Of a stretch of DNA of 64,000 nt, positions 35,152 through 48,437 are shown piece after piece. Positions within the stretch are counted from its first letter, which is position 1; the number at the start of each line of letters is the position of its first letter. Source of the DNA: Owenia fusiformis (Eukaryota). The stretch covers positions 49,600,001 through 49,664,000 of the forward strand of contig CAIIXF020000001.1 in the NCBI GenBank assembly GCA_903813345.2, in the 5' to 3' direction. The notes beneath the pieces are model-generated. The model was not told the DNA's origin and did no database searches. It saw only the letters and a list, made by a program, of their open reading frames with translations. Made by a program: the position numbers and the translations under genes.

Positions 35152-35894
35152 TAAATCATTGATCTATTATTGAGAAATGACATGTTACTGTGTAATACTT
35201 GTATACAGGATACTTCATTCAAATTAAATCAAGTCCAGTGATGCAAAATCAATGGAATTGAAAAGATTCATCACTTATATACTCTGAGTCACTCTTGGTT
35301 CATTAGGTGCCTTCTGGGTTGATTTGACTTATCAGCTCATTATCAGCCCAGATTAATTCTCCATCTTGAATTTCCGAGGTATGGAATTTGAAAAAAACTG
35401 ACGAGGAAATTTGACGAGGAAATGTCAAAACTGGTCAAGCTATTGCATTTTTTCATGAATTCCTCAACTAGGCATAAATAGATATTTAATTTGGTTGCAG
35501 TCTTTAAATTTTAAAAATCAGGATGCTGTACCCAATGGTTTGATACTTCAAGAGGTCATTATGTTTTTCCTAATGTTTGAGATCCCTAATGAGCTGCAAT
35601 TGTAGCAAAGGCTCATGGGAAGGATGGGAATGAAGTGACTTGATGTAAGACTTGATCTGAGCGATCCAGTTTGCAATTAAAGAGGCACTCTCTCATAGGA
35701 ACACAATTAGAGTAGTACCCATACCCCTTGATATTTTTGCATAAAGTAACAACTTATCATTCGGATTCTCACTTTGAGAGTCTCGCGTTATCTAACGCTT
35801 TGGTGAGTATTCCAAAGGATAATACTGCTCATTATCAGCCTAGATTAATTCTCCATCTTGGATTTCCGAAGTACAATGCCAAGTCTTCCACATT

Positions 35895-36095
35895 TACCAT
35901 ATTCTCTGTAATTAGCGCCCAGGGCGTTTAGAAAATTGAAAATACATTATTTAGACCATTCTAATAAGCGCCCATGTATGAAAGAAATCAGAAATCCCGA
36001 AGAATTTCATGTATGGCAATTTTTCTTGACAAGAATTTTCTTCAACATATTTTTATAATAATATGACAAGTGCTGTTATTGGAGAGAATACGGTA
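35895..36095. mobile_element. pogo/Tc1-type MITE (TACC[A/G]TATT..AATACGGTA); second partial copy at about 36520-36674
   Basis: TACCATATTCTCTGTAATTAGCGCCC..TTATTGGAGAGAATACGGTA, and GGGCGGTAATTACAGAGAATACGGTA at about 36650-36674. Confidence 0.6.
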
Positions 36096-37294
36096 AAGAT
36101 CGCTTAGACAATATTGACAGTGGTTGAAGACCCGTCTATGTCTAATTTATTTCCGGCACGCCCACTTTGTCATTATCGCCGATTACCTTCAATATTTCCA
36201 CTAGAGACTGCTGGATATCGATCTAAAGTTATACATTATTTCTAATTTGATGAGAGATCATCATTATTCGTGCAAAAGTCGTGTAAAAGTCGAGAAACAT
36301 TAAAAAGAAACCAGAAAGTTCACGACCTTGACATGCGCAGAACATCTGCGCAGTAGCTTTTGAAATTTCTGAATGCCGATAAAGAACAATTCCTTCATTC
36401 ATTATGGACTATTTGGAGACAATATTAGCATGGTATGGTGTGGGAAGCACCCATCGATAGATATGTATCGAGAGGATGCATAGAATTACAAAACGCTTCG
36501 TGTTTACAGCAGTTTTAGGGTAAGTACTCTATTATCGCCCGCTCCTGGATTTTGAGAAATATTTTTTTCCTGATATATTCTTCAATTCTTGTTGATTCCT
36601 CGATGTTTCTTGAACTTTGTGAAGCGGGGTGGGCGCTTATTAGAGAGTGGGCGGTAATTACAGAGAATACGGTATGTATCAATTTCATGATTTTATGCAG
36701 AAATGAATTATTTACTGGATGGTTGGAAATTTGAAAAGAAATTTTAAAAACTCACTCTGAATCTGATTGGCTACTTGGGTTCAAGTCATGTGATGACATT
36801 TGTTCCAGGTGAAAGGGATTTCCTTCAATAGTAGAAAGTTCAAATTGCATTTGATTCTAATAGGTGGTTGTTCTGTTGATTATCTCAATATATCAGCAAT
36901 ATTGTGCCCATTAGTTAGTCTCGTAAAATAAGTAAGTAATAAAATGGGACATTGTTGATTGTGTGGGGAAGAAACCTAAGAGACAATGCATCTTTAAGCC
37001 TAATTAACATGGTTTACAATGACTTGTTGCTGGATGTGAATATGTTAGGTATTAACTTTCCAATACAAGTATAATTATGGGCTTACATGGGATTGATGAC
37101 AATGATTGAGGTTGCAATTTGACTATCTGTCAGACTTAGGTGTTTCTAATCAACCTAACCTCCTGTATTCATTGTGGATGTCCAAGTAAATTTCTAAAAG
37201 TAATTTCTCCAGTAATGATTAGTTTGTCCCAGGGTACTTCAATTATCCCAGGGTTTTGACTTTGAGCATGCCTATGTTCAAGAGCACTGATCAC

Positions 37295-37476
37295 ATCCCT
37301 GAGCATTACTCATATCCCTGAGCATTACTCATATCCCAGAGTATTCCTCATGTCCCAGAGTATTTCTCATATCCCAGATCACTGCTCTTATCCCAGAGTA
37401 TAGCTCATATCCCAGAGCACTGCTCCTATCCCAGAGTATTCCTCATATCCCAGAGCACTGCTTATATCCCAGAGCA
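37295..37476. repeat. 19-bp minisatellite, about 9-10 degenerate copies
   Basis: Unit ATATCCC[A/T]GAG[C/T]A[T/C]T[A/G/C]CTC. Confidence 0.9.
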
Positions 37477-38285
37477 GGACCAATTGATTTTCCCTGAACT
37501 AGAACATTCAGGGAATTTCAGTTTCGCTCAAAAATGGTCAAGAAATTTTATGATTCTTCAAGGTTTTAGGCAGCAAGTCTGGTGTGGTTTGGGAATCGAA
37601 CATTTTTACTTCATATATATATATTCATATATAACAAGTCTACAAAAAAGGTAAAAGATAATTAGCATTTTTATTACTCAAAAATATTGATTGATATGAA
37701 TTTCACTCTAATTTTGTTTTTTAAGGAAGATATTTATTTTGTTATCCTAAAAGTAGAATATAGATTTCATATGTTACAAATAGGTCACACCGACCTGTAT
37801 ATACTTATCAAATAGTTATTATGCATAGATTAATTATCTGAGCTTTGTTAAAAAACTTTGAAACTTGAGCACATCTGATCAACAATCTTGCTAAATATAA
37901 CTTTCTGTTCTACACAAGTCAATAATTGATTGACAGTTCTATTTTTGCACCTCCCATATTTGGAAGATGAAATTGATGTCCTGTGTTAAAACTCCAAGGT
38001 CAAACTGATCTGGTCACTCTCTAAGACAATTTAAAAACAGAATATTGTCTGATATTGATTGATTCTATTTTAATTTTTCTCAGTTAAAACATATTTCTAG
38101 ATAAGTTAACCTTTCAAATCATTCTAAGCTATCTAATGTCAGATTAATTTATAGGGTTTAAGATAATTATTTTTATTTGAAGAAAGGGTTTTGCAGTATT
38201 TTATGAGGACTATTTTGTCAAAGAATTTTCATGGAGAGAATCACAATCTTCACAAGTTCAGGGTTTCTGTTGAATTTTCTGTTGT

Positions 38286-40224
38286 CACGCGGTAGTATCT
38301 CTTCGGGACGTATCGAAACCACTCCGTCCCGAAAAAACCGTTAATTTGAATTTAAAACCTACCCCAGTGTTTGAAAATCAAGGATTGTGAGTCTCACACT
38401 TCACCGTTTTTCTTCAAACTTGTTCCGTACAAAGCTTCACAGAAATACCTTTCAGTCGATACATTGTTTTCGTGTACAAAGTACCTCGTTTTAGCGGCGT
38501 TTTGGTCCCCAGCTGCGAGATAAAGCAAATTTTCATAACTTTCAACTGTAAGTCAAGTTATCTCGCAAGTCTTTTACCCATTCTCGCCCATAATTTCAGA
38601 ATGGACTCCCATTACAACCTTCCATCGCTACGTTTTGATTTTTGGGCATGAAACGCAGCAGTTTCTAAATCATCCACACATCTCTTAAAATATGACTAAT
38701 ACGTCCCGTCACCTTCCACTACGCCCCGCCAAGTCTATGACTACAAACGTGGAGTTGTATTCATTTTGTTCATCGTTGTGTAATTTTACATAGGTTTGCC
38801 TTGGTCGATTCTTAACACCAGTCTTAAGTTTAGCATACATACGGAGTATAACTATAACTGATTGTGTAAAAGGGTAGGTGGTCCTCTCAAATTACGTTTC
38901 TTCAGGTTCAACAAAGTTATAGGTTAGGGTTGTCCAAATCTGCAAAATTTACCAAAAATCTGTCATCTGATAGATTCTAGTTACAAATTGACTCTTGGTA
39001 CAAATATTTCCACTCTAGACCCCTGGGAAATTTTGCCACGCGTCTCACTTGAAGTTTTGGTAATTTTGACAAATATGCCGTTTTCATAAATGGTTTATAA
39101 CTCAAAATTAAACTGTTGTATTTCAGGAATATGTATTTTTTCTTCATCATGTGTGATTTTCAATAACCCTACAGGCACCACTTTTTTTAGCTAAATCCAT
39201 CGGGAAACTTTGCCACGCTAAATTTCAAAATAACGGAGATGTTATCAAAATTGAGCAATATTGGCACAAAAACGTTTCTAGATTCATATAAAGAATGCAT
39301 CATCATACAACACTAATTGGTATATAAACAACATCTACTGACTTGGTCTGATAATGTAATATAAAGATTTTAACTGTTGTGTGTCAACCTTTCTTCTGTA
39401 TGATTCCATTGGATTACATTTTGAAACGTGTACCATATAAAATGATACATGTTTCTAACGTTATCCTGAAAATGATATAATTGACATCACCCATCCTTTC
39501 GCATTTTAACCTTTTTGCAAGGATAGGGCACTTTAAACGTTTCTTAAAAATATTTTCAATTGTTCAGTAATTAAAATCTTAATATTGCAATATCGGGAAA
39601 TCTAAATTTTAGGGAGATTTTGGACAACCCTATTATAGGTATATTGAAAATGGACAAGAATGGGTAAATCTTAAAACACAATCCGATTGGTATTTAGAAT
39701 CGACAATGGCAACCTACAAACGGACACATCGATGGACAAATTGTTTTAGAATGCAACTCTACGTGTATAGTGATAGACTCGGCGGGGCGTAGTGGAAGAT
39801 GACGGGACGTATTGGTCAAATTTGAAGAGATGTGTGGATGATTTAGAAACTGCTGCGTTTGATGCCCAAAAATCAAGACGTAGCGATGGAAGGTTGTAAT
39901 GGGAGTCCATTCTGAAATTATGGGCGAGAATGGGTAAAAGACTGGCGAGATAACTTGACTTACAGTTGAAAGTTATGAAAATTTGCTTTATCTCACAGCT
40001 GGGGACCAAAACGCCGCTAAAACGAGGTACTTTGTACACGAAAACAATGTATCAACTGAAAGGTATTTCTGTGAAGCTTTGTACGGAACAAGTTTGAAGA
40101 AAAACGGTGAAGTGTGAGACTCACAATCCTTGATTTTCAAACACTGGGGTAGGTTTTAAATTCAAATTAACGGTTTTTCGGGACGGAGTGGTTTCGATAC
40201 GTCCCGAAGAGATACTACCGCGTG
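38286..40224. mobile_element. Non-autonomous Transib-like element, ~475-bp TIRs, 5-bp TSD
   Basis: Termini CACGCGGTAGTATCTC..GAGATACTACCGCGTG, near-perfect TIRs at about 38286-38762 and 39749-40224, flanked on both sides by GTTGT (38281-38285, 40225-40229). Confidence 0.85.
38925..39632. mobile_element. hAT-type MITE nested in the Transib-like element
   Basis: TIR TAGGGTTGTCCAAA..TTTGGACAACCCTA with 8-bp TSD TTATAGGT (38917-38924, 39633-39640). Confidence 0.9.
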
Positions 40225-43200
40225 GTTGTTGTGCTCAGATATGAGGATGGGTTTTGCTGGGCAAATTATTTAAAAGTGATTTAGTTGTTTGGTAGGATAC
40301 ACTATCAATGTTATATACAAATACGTGTATATGTAAATAAAAAGTGTGTTTGGTTAGAAATTTTACTTCCGAATCAGGGAAAAGTCAGCTTTGAAAATGT
40401 TGTGGCAACTTTGATCTCAAATGCATAATGCATGCTTTAGGGAATTCTTTAATAAGTTTTACTATGGCACTGGATTCTTGAGTCAGAAGCACAGTAAACT
40501 GATTCAATAGTTTGTTGTGATATGATATAAAGATACTGATTCCCAATGATCTAATTTACCCTCATGTTTTTAACTGAAACCCTTGATAAAACACGAATGA
40601 TTTCATCACTGAATAAGCCTAATTTTATTTGCCAAAATATAATTTTGGATATTCCCTGAATCCAGATCAGCTAATAATCTTACTGATCTCAATTCTGTTG
40701 TGTTTTAAAAGGATATAAAGAGTGCCCTTAGCTGGTATTGTTATTCTTTTAAGATTTCAAATTACTCCACCAAACAAACTCTGTTGTAGACGGACAGAGA
40801 GAAGCTGCCCATTTTATCATCTTTCCATTCTGATACTCATTGCATCATCGGCTAGAAATATTCTTTTAGAAAGAAGCTAAAAGAAGGCCATGATTTCTCT
40901 CGATATCATCTTTCCATTTGTTCATCTGTTCATTCCATGGAATTTTGATTGGTTTGTCAGCTTCACTGCCATTGAATCATACAATATTCTACATACTTGT
41001 TGACTTTGGTCAAGTGGGACATATATTTTACCCTGCTTGTGGTGTTAGTATACTAAATAAGCCAGATTTCTTATCCTACGTGGCATACCTTAATCAGACC
41101 CACAAAATACAATTACAGAGAATGTCTGCCAGTTTTCGTCCTGTGGGATTTCAAAATCTGTCACACTAGAACTTCAACCTTGATATATTCATTAAATGAA
41201 AAGATTGAACGAAGGATGAGTGAGGTTGCTTAGCAACTCTTTCAGAATTTACTGTAGGATAATGACAATCGTTTACTTTTTTCCTGTTCTTGATGAAAAC
41301 CTGCAGAGACTAACTAATGATATATCCAGGGCTCCAGACACTTTGTCTGATACGTATTGTGAATCTTTACTGTTCATATTCACATATTATCTAGCTGAAA
41401 CAAGGTTAATAATTGGTCCAAGTGGGGGAGGGGTTTGCTCAAACCCATCAACCCTTCCTGGCTACGGGCAGATGGTAGATATGCCTAATAGATAGTGGGA
41501 AATGTTATAATGAATCAAGAATGAATATTTCATTCTTTTTATTGTGAAAACTTGTTACATTTTCAGTGATTCTACAATGTATATTTTGTAAGTGAGGTTT
41601 ATTTATATGATCAAAATAGGCCATGTAATTTTGAAAAAATATGTCAACTAGAGTCTGCATTGAATTGAATTGAATTGAATTGAATACAGATGGGTCTTAA
41701 GCTTAAATCCTAAATTGATATCGAGGGAAGAATCTAGATTTATAGCTGTTGGATATTTACTACCAAAGGTGTAACATTGATCATTGGTTTATGGCAATAA
41801 GATCATTGGTTTCCTTTGGGAAAACAACAACATGTTTCAATCTCTCAAGACTGGTTTGATTGATTTTTCTACCAAGGATTGAATAGAGAACAACTAGTTG
41901 AAGCTTAATAGATCAAAGCTGCCTATATTAAGTCATTGGAAAAGGCATGTCTCTATATACAGGCCTCATAGACTTCCACCAACGCAAACATCAGTTCTGA
42001 CCTTGCGATCTACGTTCCTTGAACCGTGCTTGCAAACCACAATGTACAAGTATATATGAATAGGCCTATACATGTACCTACTGTACCTTCAGACAATAAA
42101 AGCAATATTTGCCTTCAATTTTTTCATTTTGGATCTTAAAAGCAAACAAACAATGTTACAGTTGCCATTCATGAAAAATATCCTCGAAGGGGATACTCAT
42201 TTTAGTCTGTGTTGTAGAAGCAATTACAAGGGGGGGGGCAATAATGCTTATGGCCTTGGCCCTCCACAGTCATGTAAAAGTTATTATGCAAATAATATTG
42301 ACTAACTTATAAAAAAGCACATATATTTTGCTAATGACATGTATTATTTTTGCCTCTGTAAACTTTAGACCTTGAGTACAGGCTTGGTATAAGTTCATAT
42401 TTAATTTAGTTAAATACATGTTCTTCAAAATAACCTGATAATATATCCAAATAAGCTAGATAAAATATCATAATGTCTATCAGTGCAATTCTAAATGAAG
42501 GATCACATCATGTCATGCAAGCTTTACTTACCTTTAGTATTAAATAATATTGTGTACTTCTAAACTTCAAGCCTTCTAAAGATGGCAGCATTGTGTAATG
42601 TATTCTGGATTGTTTTGAATTTTTGCAAGGATGATTTTTTTTTATTTTGTAACCTGTACAGTGTATATAGAGCAAATTTGCAAGTGAAATATAGATAAAA
42701 TACATTCAGATACTAGTATTCATTACATCTTTAGAAACAAACTGACCAGAAATGATTTGACATTGTTTATCACTTATGCAAGAAGAATATATGAAGAGTA
42801 CAAGGTAATGATAAATACATATAAAAATATAATTGAAAATACCTGAAAATGATAGCATTCATTGTTTCACCATAGTCTAAATGGCATTTTCAAAACATTA
42901 ATAATAACTCCTTGATGTGATGTGAGGTTTACTTGAAAATATTTCTAACTTGAGCTTTAACTTGAGTATGGTTTGATTTCATTAAAAAACAACAGTATAA
43001 GTAAGTGCCAAGGGCACCTCCAAAGTGTAGAATGTTGTGTAATACCATCAGTTAATCTTTCTAAAATATTTGCCTGCTTTCCATCACAACGTAAAATGTT
43101 ACATTTAAGTAATTGGTTGCCATGGTAATTTCATTTGAAGAATTACTTGGATAATTGAGAATTGTTGTTTAACTGATATTTACATAAATAAGAAATTAAA

Positions 43201-43455
43201 GGAGATAAACTGCAGGAATTGATTTGGAGAGAGATAAGGAACCTTCCTTGCTAGTTTAGGTTTACATTTTGCAGTATAATTCTCATCTATTTACATATAT
43301 AAACATGTACTACATGTTCAAAATGTAGTATCCCTGTATTCTTATTGGATTTTATTTTCTACTCATAAAACATAACATACAATGTTCTACCTATATTCCA
43401 GTCTTATTCTCATATTGTACCTGTTTCTACTTATCTTTAATCTAAGTATTCAACT

Positions 43456-43875
43456 TATATTCCACCTTTAATCTACTTGTATTTTACTTATATTCTACCT
43501 TTAATCTACTGCTTATATTCCACCTTTAATCTACTTGTATTTTACTTATATTCTACCTTTAATCTACTGCTTATATTCCACCTTTAATCTACTTGTATTT
43601 TACTTATATTCTACCTTTAATCTACTGCTTATATTCCACCTTTAATCTACTTGTATTTTACTTATATTCTACCTTTAATCTACTGCTTATATTCCACCTT
43701 TAATCTACTTGTATTTTACTTATATTCTACCTTTAATCTACTGCTTATATTCCACCTTTAATCTACTTGTATTTTACTTATATTCTACCTTTAATCTACT
43801 GCTTATATTCCACCTTTAATCTACTTGTATTTTACTTATATTCTACCTTTAATTTACTGCTTATATTCTACCTTT
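43456..43875. repeat. 58-bp minisatellite (alternating 33- and 25-bp related subunits), about 7 copies
   Basis: TTATATTCCACCTTTAATCTACTTGTATTTTAC + TTATATTCTACCTTTAATCTACTGC. Confidence 0.95.
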
Positions 43876-44072
43876 CATCTTGTATTTTTTCTCCTGTGAA
43901 TATAACATTTCTTCAACATTTAGCAACATTGCAGGATTACAAGATTAGCGAAAGCTTGATGATTTAAGATAGTAGTTAACACTTCATGAGACAGTGTGGA
44001 TTGTCTGTTTATTTCAAGCTTATTTATCCTCTCAAAGCTCAGCATTACACTTTTCAGGAACAAGGAAACCTA

Positions 44073-44235
44073 CAGGCCCGTAGCCAACTTTTGCAAGGGA
44101 GTCCGTTTTTAAAATTTTTAGGAATGTCCATGTTTTGGCCTAAAATCACTTAGAAAGTGCTCAAAATTTTGAAAAATTTCAAATGATTTTTAAAGAACTT
44201 TTATGACCCCCCCCCCCCCTCTGGCTACAGACCTG
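44073..44235. mobile_element. MITE, CAGGCCCGTAGCC family, 5-bp TSD
   Basis: TIR CAGGCCCGTAGCCA..TGGCTACAGACCTG with TSD ACCTA. Confidence 0.85.
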
Positions 44236-47200
44236 ACCTAGGTACCTTAATGACATTTACATTTTTATATCTGCCTCAACATAAAAAAGGCAGGCACTCT
44301 TTACTTCAGTATACAGATTGCTCATTATTTTGGTTAATTGCACCAAACCTTGAAGTGTTTCCATAAAGGCCTACAGGAGTGCTCTTCATGTAATACATAT
44401 ACTCCTACTGTTTGTTGTGATACAAGATATATGGCTGCTAAGGTATAGGAATTCCATTAGCCCAAAGGCGCAACCTTGCCAACTCTTGGCTTCTCTGGCA
44501 TTTACTGAACTGCTTGCTGTAATAACTTTAATCAACAAATTATCTCATAAAGTCATCAACACTCCTTGTAAAATCATGCAATCAAGGTTGAAGCTATAGG
44601 ATACAATCAAGTCAGGAGCAAATAGTAGATTTTTATAGGGAATCTAAAAAGACTAAGTCTGCTTTTGTCTCTTAAGAGTAACTTCTTCAAGGCTGTTTTT
44701 AAAGGGTCTTGTTTTCAGTACACAGGGGATCATTGTAAGAGGTTGAAGCTTTTTGATTAAATCAAATTCTTTATGGCAAACATGTCCCTGTACTGTAGTT
44801 TTGTGTACTAGATTCAGATTATGTTATGTATCATGTAGCATAGGTCCACAGTTTATTGATGAATGAATATTACCCTTTAACTGTGTGAGTTTTTTTGCTG
44901 GTTGATTTTTTGTAGTCAAATCGCTTGTTACTTATGAGCTCAATGAGTTTTACTATTCAATATGCCTTATCCAATTAGTTTTTTTTATTATTAATTGAAC
45001 AAGCCCCTTTAACTAAAATAACGAAATAAAACTAACTGATCAATCAAATTGGCCCCCACGTGATAAGTAGCGTCATATACAAAATATAGCTTTGGTTTAT
45101 TGTTTCCTTAGTAATCACAACGTCACGGCAACCAAAGGATTGTAGTGTAAACCAAAACAAAACATTTTGGCATTATGACGTTATGGGCCACGTGGGGACC
45201 AGTGAGAGATCACGTGGGGGCCAATAACGTCACAACCAATTCGAATATTGCTTATTAAGCAGCTATAACGATCGTTTGAGTGAAATAGTTTTCGCACTAC
45301 TGATGAGAAAACATGTCCAAATACATTTATCAAAAAATTATATTGATTCCTTTAGGTTAAAAAATACCATTTCATATCTGCTTTAATAATAATATATTAT
45401 CACAAAAAGACATTCTTTATCATCTCCATTTTGCATACTGACTCTAAGCTATTTATTTGACTATAATCCTAATAAAGATTTAATCTCCCGGGACACAAAT
45501 TTGATTCCTACGTTGCAAGAAGTATCAAAAATTAAATCTTGACTGATATTTCACAAATGTGTTAGATGAACTTGAATTGATTAAGAAATCTAAAAATAAG
45601 AGTCCAAAGAAACTAAAAAACTTGAACTTACGTTCAATATAATTAATCAATGGGAAAGTGTTGAAACGTTAAAAAGAAATATTATTACAAAAAAAGATAA
45701 CTGAACTACTGATAATATCTCAGCAGTTCAGACAGCTGCTAAAAGTATATTATAATTGATTATTCCTTGGTATTTAATTTATCGAGTCTACCTCTACAAA
45801 CTTGGTCTAGAGATGAGCCATACAAATTCTATTGATATATAGCAAGTTAATTGACTCATATGGATATTTAAAAAAAAGAAATAAAATTGATTCTCTGTTT
45901 AGCTCCTCATTTTTTGCTAATAATAATCTGATTTTGCTTAAGATCTTGACTCAATTTTTCAGTTTCTCTACTTCAAAATGCCAAAGTCAAATATTTTCAC
46001 GTTTGAATGATGAGATTTAGACGTGCATCACATCAGATAGTTCCTACTTTAGTTCCACTTAATATAATGCCATGGCACACCGTGTTTTACATCCAAAATA
46101 TAATTCTAAAAGAGCTGTTTGATAAAAAATAAGAAAATCCTTATAGTCTATGATCAAAATGATTTTATAATTTTTAAATTTATATACCTGTTTTTTTATA
46201 TAAAGAACAAAACATGAACATCTCAAAAAAACATGCATTACATTTTGAGCACAGGTACCTGCCTCAGATATAAGGTCAATATGTCCTCTTAGGGAAAAGA
46301 TAAGTTTAATTACATAGGTTGCATTATCGCAGCGTAGAAATTAAAGCCTCTCTTTGAGTTTCATGGTTGATCACACCTCTTCAATATACCTGCCAATGAT
46401 ACTTGAAACGACAATTGGAATTTGTCGCGGTGTCTAATATGGTTTGTGTCGGGGAATGAGAATGCCATTTTTAAATCATGTTGACTTATCATAGTCAACA
46501 TATCATAGGGAATTGGTTATTTCATTGTATCTATGATATTTTTCCAACATGAACATATTTTGTCCACAATCAGTTTTCATGGTATTTAGTTTTGTGGGAA
46601 GGAGATTTATTTGAAATAGATTTATTTAGTTTTCTCTCCGACATTGAACTTTTGATGCCTTCCCTAATACTGTAATTGACATATTTGGTTCAAAATATCT
46701 ACCAAGAAGGAAGATGGCTGCTGAATACTAGATATGCGAGTAGAAATAATCTTGATTTAAGTCATCAAAAATTCAAAATTCAGTCAAACTGATGTCATAT
46801 TTAGAATCTACATGTAGAATTGCATTTAGAAATGTGGTTTTGAAAAGAGTTTATCAACTTTGAAAATTTAATTTCCTTTGAAAATGTGACTTCTAGGTCG
46901 GGGAGATTCCCCATAGAGCCCATGTTGTAAAATCACAAAAAGTGAAATATCTTTTCTTGTGTAAGGCAGATAATATTTTCTTTTACTGGGCATATTTTGA
47001 TTTGTATAACTATCAGATACAAAAGGGTAATATGAAAAGTGAACCACTAAAACTGATGAATATTCAAGTTTAAGGGGAATTTTGTAGTATTACCCTGCCA
47101 TGTTATTTCCCCCGACTCAGCCACCTGGTGGCGAAACTGGTTACTACCTACTCGCATCTGAGTAATTCTAAATGGCCAACAAAAGGAGACAATGTGCTAT

Positions 47201-47408
47201 ATTACTGAAACTTAATCCTATAATATTATGTTACAAATGATGATCAATTTGATAAAATATTATTTGTTTGGTGGGATTTGCTACTCTGACGAGTTGTAGT
47301 CTATTGTTGCCATTTTTCTAGTTTTTTCACAATCTGGTTTTCATGTGATTTTACATTTACAGCCATAATTATAGAAAACATTTTTATCCTGATTTAAATG
47401 TCATCTAT

Positions 47409-48437
47409 TTAAGAAATATAGACCAAAGAGCAGGGTTTCTAGTTTCGAATAACACCCAGCTGGTCTCGGCACAAACGTTTTCTGTACCCCGAACGACCGA
47501 AGGGAGTGAGGGGTTCGAAAGCTTTGTGCCGAGACCAGCGGCATGTTATTCGAAACTAGTAACCCTGCTCTGAGGTCTATATTACGATTCGAACATGAAA
47601 ATTCACCAAATTGTTTCGAATAATTCATCATGATCCGCCATTACTACGACCCACCGTTATGACGTCACACATTACACGTATTAACTGGGTTATTATACTC
47701 GAATATAACCCAGCTGAAGCATTGACTTTGATTACAGTTTATAGAAGGCGTGAATACAGTCATGTTCGAATATAAAATATCTGCTTATTGTCATCAAAAG
47801 ATATGTAAGAATACCTTATAGGTGTGGCATCAGTAATTGATTTCACTTCTCACGTTTCTTATTCTCTGTTCACACCTATAGGCTATTGTCTCTTGAGTCC
47901 ATGATGGTCTGTTTTTGTCTTTTTATAAAGAACCTTAATATTATTACACATTTTGTCCCTTGATAGAATTATATCATCACCCTTCCTGGAAAATAAAAAA
48001 CACATTCCAATGTTTGAATGTTTATAGAAATTCTTTCATGGCCATTTATTCTCTTGTTAAAGTTGATAGTGAATTAAGAAATATAGACCAAAGAGCAGGG
48101 TTTCTAGTTTCGAATAACACCCCGCTGGTCTCGGCACAAACGTTTTCTGTACCCCGAACGACCGAAGGGAGTGAGGGGTTCGAAAGCTTTTGTGCCGAGA
48201 CCAGCGGGATGTTATTCGAAACTAGTAACCCTGCTCTGAGGTCTATATTACGATTCGAACATGAAAACTCACCAAATTGTTTCGAATATTCATCATGGTC
48301 CGCCATTTCTACGACCCACCGTTATGACGTCACACATTACACGTATTAACTGGGTTATTGATCTCGAATATAACCCAGCTGAAGCATTGACTTTGTTTAC
48401 AGTTTATGGAAGGCGTGAATACAGTCATGTTCGAATA
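47409..48437 (+). repeat. Two near-identical 364-bp double-hairpin elements in direct orientation (47409-47772, 48074-48437)
   Basis: Each copy is a ~165-bp hairpin (AATATAGACC..GGTCTATATT) followed by a second inverted pair (ATTCGAACATGA..TCATGTTCGAAT) that encloses CTGGGTTAT..ATAACCCAG. Confidence 0.92.

Noticed and set aside
38286..38340. Bona fide RSS (heptamer-12/23-nonamer)
   Set aside because: The heptamer is CACGCGG, the nonamer-like tract is about 37-38 nt away, and both ends are symmetric, so there is no 12/23 arrangement.
39694..40039. ORFs inside the Transib-like TIR as transposase remnants
   Set aside because: No transposase motifs; they are chance ORFs in the inverted repeat.
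43767..43967. Hydrophobic 66-aa ORF, and similar 60-130-aa ORFs across the introns
   Set aside because: It arises from minisatellite or AT-rich sequence and has no splice or domain support.
47409..48437. LTR pair of a TRIM or retroelement
   Set aside because: No TG..CA ends, PBS, PPT or TSD; the repeats are palindromic.
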